Source of the DNA: an uncultured delta proteobacterium
GTDB taxonomy: Bacteria; Myxococcota; Kuafuiibacteriia; Kuafuiibacteriales; Kuafuiibacteriaceae
Assembly: GCA_963803435.1 (NCBI GenBank)
Contig: CAWDML010000001.1
Location: forward strand, 2,816,001 to 2,880,000
Length of the DNA stretch: 64,000 nucleotides
Direction of reading: 5' to 3'
Part shown: piece by piece, positions 58,191 through 64,000 of the stretch
Layout: every line of letters starts with the position of its first letter
Numbering within the stretch: position 1 is the stretch's first letter
Translations under genes and position numbers: made by a program
Notes under the pieces: model-generated
Seen by the model: the letters and a program-made list of their open reading frames with translations, nothing else
What the model was told of the DNA's origin: nothing
Database searches by the model: none

Positions 58191-59857
58191 CCGTTCTCCT
58201 CTTTATCGTGAGAGGCCGCGTCCAGGTCCACGATATCGTGACCCCCGACATACCGTTTCGTCTTGTATCGGGTGATGTCCCCCAGCTTGCGCACGATCTC
58301 CGCCATTCGCTCGGCCTCGGCGAGCATCGTCTTGAGGGAGGGGGTGGCCGGCGATTCGGGTGCCACCTTGCGCATCGCCAGCTCCGCGTAGCCCATGATC
58401 GAGGTCAGGGGCTGGTTCAGCTCGTGGGCCGCCGCCCCCGCCAGCTCCACCACGGCCGCCTGGCGCTCCGACAGCTGGAGCTTGCGCTGGGCTTGCTGGA
58501 GCTCCTCCTCCATCTGGAGGCGCTCCCGGAGGTCCGAGAAGATCCCGACGGTGGCCACCTCCTTGCCCTGGTCGTAGACGATCCCCGCCGCCAGGTTGAC
58601 CGGTACGGCGTCCGCCTCCTTGGTGATGAGCATGTGCCGCCGCTCCTCGAGGCGCCCCGGCCCGCCGTAGTCGCCCGAGCGGAGCGCCGCCATGATCTTC
58701 TTGGCCACGCCGCCCGGATAGAGCCGCTCGACGTTCATCCCGATGGCCTCCTCGGCGGTATAGCCGGTAATCGCTTCGGCGACGGCGTTGAACACCACGA
58801 TGCTCCCGTTCATGTCGGCCGCCACGATCGCGTCGGCGCTGGCGTCGATCAGATTGACCAGGAAGTCCTTGGTGCGCCGCAGCTCCTCCTCCATCGCGCG
58901 GGTCTCGGTGACGTCGCGGAAGGAGACGATCGCCTCGCCCTCGCCCAGCTTGGGGAGATCGTCGGCCCCGCTCAACGCCGCGGTCGTCAGCGACAGCATG
59001 GCGGTCTCGCCCGAGGCCCGCAGCACCGGCAGGTCGAGGTTCCGCGGGTAGCGTCCCTCGATCACGCCCTCGGTCAACGCGCGAAGCGCCGCCTCGCTGT
59101 CCGGACCGGCGATGTCCGACAGCCGCATCTGACTGACCGCCGCCTCGTCGAAGCCGAGGATCGACTGCGCTGCTCGGTTGGTGAAGAGGATCCGCCCGCT
59201 GCTGTCGATGATCATCAGGCCATCGCCGGCGAAGTCGAAGAAGCGCTGGTACTTCTCGATCTGACGAAGGCGGCGCTCGGCCTTGATCCGATCGCTGAGC
59301 CGCCGCTCGCTCCGGTCCCGCACCACCTCGTAGAGGCGGAGGTTGCGGATCGCGATCGCGGTGGCGTTCGCGACGATGCGCCCGAAGCGAACCTCGCGCG
59401 CGCTCAGCCCGCCGTCGCGGGGCATGGCGCTGCGTAGGAGCAGGACGCCCTGGACATAGCGCTCGATCCGCATGGGAAAGATCACGATGCTCCCGATCCG
59501 CTTGTCCTGGAGGATGTCGCGGACGCGCTCGAGGACCACCGAGTCACCAACGTTGCCGATCACCAGGGGCTCGTGCGTCCGCATCACCTCCTGGATCTCC
59601 GGGTAGGCCTCGATGTCGATCTGAAGGTTCTTGACGGCCGCGTCGTCGGAGGCGGCCACCACGTAGCCGGCGGTCGAGCCCTCGTCGAGGAGGACGATCG
59701 AGCAGCGATCGCACTCGAGCGCCCGCGCCATGCGCTCGGTGATCTCGAGGAGCGCCTGCTCCACGTTGCCCAGGCTGATCAGCGATTCGGATAGACCCAG
59801 GAGAGCGTCCAGGTCCGACTCCACCAGCTCGAGCTCGCGACGATCGGGTTCGGTCAT
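58187..59857 (-). CDS. GAF-PAS-PAS-HisKA sensor lacking the HATPase domain
   Basis: GAF, two PAS repeats (N.AA..I.G), H-box LAGAAAHELNQPLT. Protein ends about 65 aa after the His. Confidence 0.85.
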   Translation of the reverse strand: MTEPDRRELELVESDLDALLGLSESLISLGNVEQALLEITERMARALECDRCSIVLLDEGSTAGYVVAASDDAAVKNLQIDIEAYPEIQEVMRTHEPLVIGNVGDSVVLERVRDILQDKRIGSIVIFPMRIERYVQGVLLLRSAMPRDGGLSAREVRFGRIVANATAIAIRNLRLYEVVRDRSERRLSDRIKAERRLRQIEKYQRFFDFAGDGLMIIDSSGRILFTNRAAQSILGFDEAAVSQMRLSDIAGPDSEAALRALTEGVIEGRYPRNLDLPVLRASGETAMLSLTTAALSGADDLPKLGEGEAIVSFRDVTETRAMEEELRRTKDFLVNLIDASADAIVAADMNGSIVVFNAVAEAITGYTAEEAIGMNVERLYPGGVAKKIMAALRSGDYGGPGRLEERRHMLITKEADAVPVNLAAGIVYDQGKEVATVGIFSDLRERLQMEEELQQAQRKLQLSERQAAVVELAGAAAHELNQPLTSIMGYAELAMRKVAPESPATPSLKTMLAEAERMAEIVRKLGDITRYKTKRYVGGHDIVDLDAASHDKEENG

Positions 59858-59891
59858 CGCTTCGGGCCCGGAAGGTAGAGCCGCCGACCGG

Positions 59892-61097
59892 TCAAGTCCA
59901 GGCCGCCTCCAGCGCTGCTTCGTACACCAGGCGGATCGGCACCTTCGCCTCCCGCGCCAGCCGCTCGCAGTCCTCGTGCTCCGGCACGATCTGAGGCCCG
60001 CTCGGCCGATCCGCGACTTTGACGCGAACCGGACCAAAGCGTGTGTTCACCGTCTCCACCCGGCGCGCGATCCTGAGCCGCTCCACGTCATGCACGCGCA
60101 CGCCGAGGGTCGTGCTGTGATCGAAGAACACGTTCGCGATGGCCTCCTTGATCGTGTGCTGCACCAGCGCCGAGACCAGCGTTCCCTGGCGGCCCTTCTT
60201 CATCTGGATCGGGCGCGACCAGACGTCGATCGCCCCGGCCTCGAACAGCGCCCGCTCGAGGGCGCCGAAGTGCTCCGGGTTCATGTCGTCGAGGTTCGAC
60301 TCGATCACCACCTCGGTGCTGGTGCTCCACGCGCCCCGCGGCGCGCGCACGCCCAGGATCGCCCGGACCACGTTGGGCCGATCCGGCCACGACCGATGGC
60401 CCGCTCCCACACCGACGCGTTCGAGCGTCAGGCTCGGGAGCGCGCCATAACGATCGGCGAGGGCCGCGATCAGCGCGGCGCCGGTGGGCGTCACCAGCTC
60501 GCCGTCGAGGGCGGTCTCCTGGAGCGGCGCACCTGTGAGGATCTGGAGCACCGCCGGCCCCGGCAGCGGGATAGGCCCGTGACCACCCTGGGTGAGCCCG
60601 CGGGCCATCGGCACCGGCGAGACCACGACCTCGTCAATCGCGAGGGCGTCGATCGCGATCGCGACGCCGACGATGTCGGTGATCGCGTCGTCGGCGCCGA
60701 CCTCGTGGAAGACGACGTCGTCGATCGCGACGCCGTGCGCCGCCGACTCTGCCTTGGCCAGCACGAGGAAGGCCTCGAGCGCGATCGTCCGGGCGCGCGC
60801 CGGGAGCGCGGCCGCCTGGATCATTCCTCGCACCACCGAATAGGGCCGGTGGGCGTGGTGATCGTGCGCGTGCCCGTGCTCCGTGTCGGCTGGCCGACCC
60901 CCGATCAAGACGTCGATCTGCTTGGCGCGAAGCCCCGCGGAATGCGCGGGCACCTCCACGATCGAGACGTCGGCGAGCCCGAGCGACGCCACCGCCTCCC
61001 GCACACGATCCAGCGGGGCGCCCGCGTCGACCAGCGCCGCCAGGATCATGTCGCCGGCCGCGCCGCCTACCAGGTCGAGGTAGAGGACGCGGCTCAC
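59892..61097 (-). CDS. larC: Nickel-pincer cofactor nickel insertase LarC
   Basis: GAAGDMILAAL, His-rich loop, FHEVGADDAI.DIVG, ELVTPTGA, E.NLDDM, MKKGR, PE.EDC. Confidence 0.93.
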   Translation of the reverse strand: MSRVLYLDLVGGAAGDMILAALVDAGAPLDRVREAVASLGLADVSIVEVPAHSAGLRAKQIDVLIGGRPADTEHGHAHDHHAHRPYSVVRGMIQAAALPARARTIALEAFLVLAKAESAAHGVAIDDVVFHEVGADDAITDIVGVAIAIDALAIDEVVVSPVPMARGLTQGGHGPIPLPGPAVLQILTGAPLQETALDGELVTPTGAALIAALADRYGALPSLTLERVGVGAGHRSWPDRPNVVRAILGVRAPRGAWSTSTEVVIESNLDDMNPEHFGALERALFEAGAIDVWSRPIQMKKGRQGTLVSALVQHTIKEAIANVFFDHSTTLGVRVHDVERLRIARRVETVNTRFGPVRVKVADRPSGPQIVPEHEDCERLAREAKVPIRLVYEAALEAAWT

Positions 61098-61867
61098 TCG
61101 CTCACCCTCGGTCGATTGATCAGCGCGGCCGCATAGCCCGCGCCGAAGCCGTTGTCGATGTTCACCACCGTCACGCCGGGCGAACAGGAGTTGAGCATCC
61201 CGAGCAGCGCCGCCACGCCGCCGAAGCTGGCGCCGAAGCCAATGCTGGTCGGCACCGCGATCACCGGCCGCGAGATCAGTCCACGCACCACGCTCGGCAG
61301 CGCGCCCTCCATCCCCGCGACGACGACCACCACCTCGGCCGCCTCGAGCTGCTCGCGCACCGCGAGCACGCGGTGGATTCCAGCCACGCCGACGTCGTCG
61401 ATCCGCTCCACCTCGTTCCCCAGCAGCTCGGCGGTCAAGGCCGCCTCCTCCGCGACCGGCCGATCCGAGGTCCCGGCGGCCACCACCGCGATCGTCCCGC
61501 GGCCCACCTTCGGCATCGCCGATCCCGCGACCAGCATGCGCGGCACCGCCAGGTACCGGGCGTGCGGCGCCACCTTCGGCACCATCATCTCGATCGCCGC
61601 CTCGGCGCTGTCGCGTTCCACGCGCGTCACGATGGCCGTGTGTCCGGCGCCGTGGATCCGCTCGACGATCCGCGCGATCTGCTCCGGCGTCTTCGAGGCG
61701 CCGTAGACGATCTCGGGCACCCCGGTCCTCAGGTGCCGGTGGTGGTCGACCTTGGCGAATCCGAGGTCCTCGAACGGGAGCGTCGCGAGGGCCTGAATGG
61801 CCTCGTCCGGAGTGGTCTCTCCACGAGCGACGCGATCGATGAGCTCACGCAAGCGTTTTGGATCCAC
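61094..61867 (-). CDS. larB: Nickel-pincer cofactor biosynthesis protein LarB
   Basis: DLGFAKVDHHR, AGTSD.PVAEEA, DVGVAG.HR, AGMEGALPSV, VNIDNGFGA. Confidence 0.93.
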   Translation of the reverse strand: MDPKRLRELIDRVARGETTPDEAIQALATLPFEDLGFAKVDHHRHLRTGVPEIVYGASKTPEQIARIVERIHGAGHTAIVTRVERDSAEAAIEMMVPKVAPHARYLAVPRMLVAGSAMPKVGRGTIAVVAAGTSDRPVAEEAALTAELLGNEVERIDDVGVAGIHRVLAVREQLEAAEVVVVVAGMEGALPSVVRGLISRPVIAVPTSIGFGASFGGVAALLGMLNSCSPGVTVVNIDNGFGAGYAAALINRPRVSE

Positions 61868-62008
61868 GAGGCGACGTTGGTCGAAAAGCCCAGAAGGTCA
61901 AGGCTTTCGAGCGCAGGATGGCCGGAGAGCACACCGAGCAGCACCACGAGACTCCAGCTCAGGACGTTCTCCCCCACTCACCCGCTTGGTTGCGGGGGCG
62001 GCGGATTT

Positions 62009-62701
62009 TTATGGGCAGTCGGCGGCACGCACGCAGATCCGGCTGCTCTCGCGGCCGGTGAAGCGCAGGAACGTGTCTCCGGCGTCGTCGTTGGGGATCT
62101 CGACGTAGTCCATGATGAAGCCGTTGGGCGGGATCACGGTCGAGGTGGACGAGGTGAAGATGAACGGCATCAGGTCCTGATCGCGCGTGTCGTCGCGGGG
62201 GTCCGGCGTCCCCACCGGCAGATTGGCGAACCCGCACACGATCTCGCTGGCGTTGCAGGTGACCGACCCGTGCGAGTGATACCCGGCGATCGGGGTCGAC
62301 CACGCGATCGCCCGGCCGTCGAACGTACCGCCGGCGACGCCGCACTCGACGGGTCCGGACTCCATCGTGATGTCGGTGTGTACGTCGGAGACGGTGAAGT
62401 CGAGCTTGAGCGTGTACTCGCGCATCGCCACAGCGCCACGGCCGAGATCGCCGCCGTCGTCGGGGAACGCCAGCCGGAGGTGTCCGGGGCCCACGTCTTC
62501 GGTGGCATCGCCGACGCCGAACGGCGTGCCGCGGATGTCGAACTGGGCCGGCATCAGATCGTAGTCGACGACCCAGGTCTCGCAGACCGAGGTGTCACCG
62601 CCATCGGGCGTGCCCGAGTCGGGGACCATGGCGGTGTCGTCGCCGTTGTCCCCGGTGCAGCCGGCGAACGCGGCCAGGGTGCAGAGAACGAGTACGCGCA
62701 C
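62009..62701 (-). CDS. Hypothetical lipoprotein
   Basis: Lipobox FAGC, DSG/DGG linker, several Cys. Confidence 0.7.
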   Translation of the reverse strand: MRVLVLCTLAAFAGCTGDNGDDTAMVPDSGTPDGGDTSVCETWVVDYDLMPAQFDIRGTPFGVGDATEDVGPGHLRLAFPDDGGDLGRGAVAMREYTLKLDFTVSDVHTDITMESGPVECGVAGGTFDGRAIAWSTPIAGYHSHGSVTCNASEIVCGFANLPVGTPDPRDDTRDQDLMPFIFTSSTSTVIPPNGFIMDYVEIPNDDAGDTFLRFTGRESSRICVRAADCP

Positions 62702-62707
62702 GCGTGA

Positions 62708-64000
62708 TCAATGAATCATGCGCATGGCGTTGTCATACACCCGTTTGTTCCGCCGCTCGTCCTTGGCCCGCTGCAGGTCGACGATGTCGACCAGCGCCCG
62801 CTGGAGCTCGGAGTCCGAGTACTTCTCTGCGTTCTCGCGGGTCACCTGCTCGGCCCGCTGCAGGATGGCCTGCGACCCGGCCTCGTTCCCCTGACGCGCC
62901 TCGTCGAGGGCGTCGATCGTCAGGGCGGCCGCCGCCTGCCTGGCGAACGAACGCGTCACCTCGACGTCCTCGCCCTCGGCGATCTTCTTCTCGTCGGCGG
63001 TCGAGCGGGCCGAGAGATAGAGCCGGCGCTCGAACACACCGCCGTATCGGGTGGCATCCTCGAAGGCGAGGACCGCATCCATCAGCTCGACCGCGGCCCG
63101 GTCCGCGCGCGCCGAGACCTGGAGGTTGACGAGCACGTCGCGGGTCTCCTTCTCGCCCACGTCGCCCAGCGGGATCTCGATTCCTCTCCCGACCACGACC
63201 GGGGTCCGGCCGATCACGCTTGCGATCGTCACGCCCGGCCCCGGCATCAGCTGGAGCACCGCGTTCTTGGCGACGGCCCGATCGAGCCGCAGCACCTCCT
63301 CCTTGAAGACGGCCGCGACCTTCTTGGAGTCCTCGACGAAGTGGAACTGGCCGCCCGAGCGCTGCGCGATGCCGGCCAGCAGCGTCTCGTCGAACTCGAG
63401 CCCCAGACCGAGCGCCGTGATGGGCGCGGCCTGCGCCGCCAGCGCCGAGGCCAGCGAGGCGATGGGGCCGGGATCGTTCGGGAGCCCGTCGCTCAGGAGC
63501 ACCACGCGCCGCAGCTGGTCCGGCGGCCCGTCCGCGAGCTGCGCCAGCGCCGCCGAGAGCCCACCCGCCAGATCCGTGGTGCCGTGCGCCTCGAGCGCCT
63601 CGAGCTTGCTCCGGAGCACGAGTCGGGACTTGGCGTCGATCTCCGTCGAGGGCACCAGGATGTCCGTCCGGGAGTGGAACGCGATCACGCTGATGCGATC
63701 GCCCGGCGACAGTGCGTCGACCAGCTCGCCGGCGGCCGTACGCGCGTTCGCGATCGCCTCCCCCTCCATCGAGCCGGAGGTGTCGATCACCAGCGCCAGA
63801 TGGATCGGCCGGCGGCCGTCGGTGTCGAGCGGGCGTCCTCGCACCCGGACGCGGGCGACCAGCTCCTGCGGCGCACCCGCCCGGACGAAGCGGTTCTGGA
63901 GCGCAGCGGTCAGCTCTACCAGGTTCGGATCCTTCGCGGAGGCGGCACAGCCGGCGACCACGAAGGGAAGCGCAAGATGGGTTGCGGTACGAGCGAAGCT
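62708..64000 (-). CDS. VWA-domain lipoprotein (5' end outside window)
   Basis: LVIDTSGSM MIDAS, GTTD, LLSDGLPN. Frame is open to the window edge and VAGC lipobox is present. Confidence 0.85.
   Translation of the reverse strand, partial: SFARTATHLALPFVVAGCAASAKDPNLVELTAALQNRFVRAGAPQELVARVRVRGRPLDTDGRRPIHLALVIDTSGSMEGEAIANARTAAGELVDALSPGDRISVIAFHSRTDILVPSTEIDAKSRLVLRSKLEALEAHGTTDLAGGLSAALAQLADGPPDQLRRVVLLSDGLPNDPGPIASLASALAAQAAPITALGLGLEFDETLLAGIAQRSGGQFHFVEDSKKVAAVFKEEVLRLDRAVAKNAVLQLMPGPGVTIASVIGRTPVVVGRGIEIPLGDVGEKETRDVLVNLQVSARADRAAVELMDAVLAFEDATRYGGVFERRLYLSARSTADEKKIAEGEDVEVTRSFARQAAAALTIDALDEARQGNEAGSQAILQRAEQVTRENAEKYSDSELQRALVDIVDLQRAKDERRNKRVYDNAMRMIH

Overview
High-GC (about 70%), gene-dense bacterial chromosomal segment. 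The gene families (PilZ-J-TPR protein, Cys-rich lipoproteins, TonB-fused receptor, di-heme oxidoreductase, sigma54 promoters) point to a Myxococcota/deltaproteobacterial origin (inference). In order: a GMC oxidoreductase / Tat-substrate / TetR / tatC / tatA-B cluster, an NAD salvage operon (pncB-pncA-nadE-nrtR) with a clear NrtR box, an RND efflux pump, a sigma54-preceded lipoprotein + collagen-like protein pair, three clustered MMPL transporters, a liv ABC operon with many +1 indels, a two-gene membrane-protein cassette between 110-bp direct repeats of the livF 3' end, MFS, CreD, deacetylase, a tandem di-heme protein, an orphan FliA-like sigma factor with a sigma54 promoter and FleQ-box-like sites, a lipoprotein/GH113/ExbBD-TonB/TBDR run, lysine 6-aminotransferase, and a long minus-strand operon larB-larC-truncated kinase-LolA-like-OM protein-MerR-FtsH-like. 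No rRNA, tRNA, CRISPR array or integrase was seen. Most unusual: a degenerate receiver domain inserted in TatC, the repeat-flanked cassette, the sigma54/FleQ-like control region of an orphan fliA, and isolated gene disruptions that all fall at GATC motifs. All family assignments come from motif recognition by eye, with no database searches.
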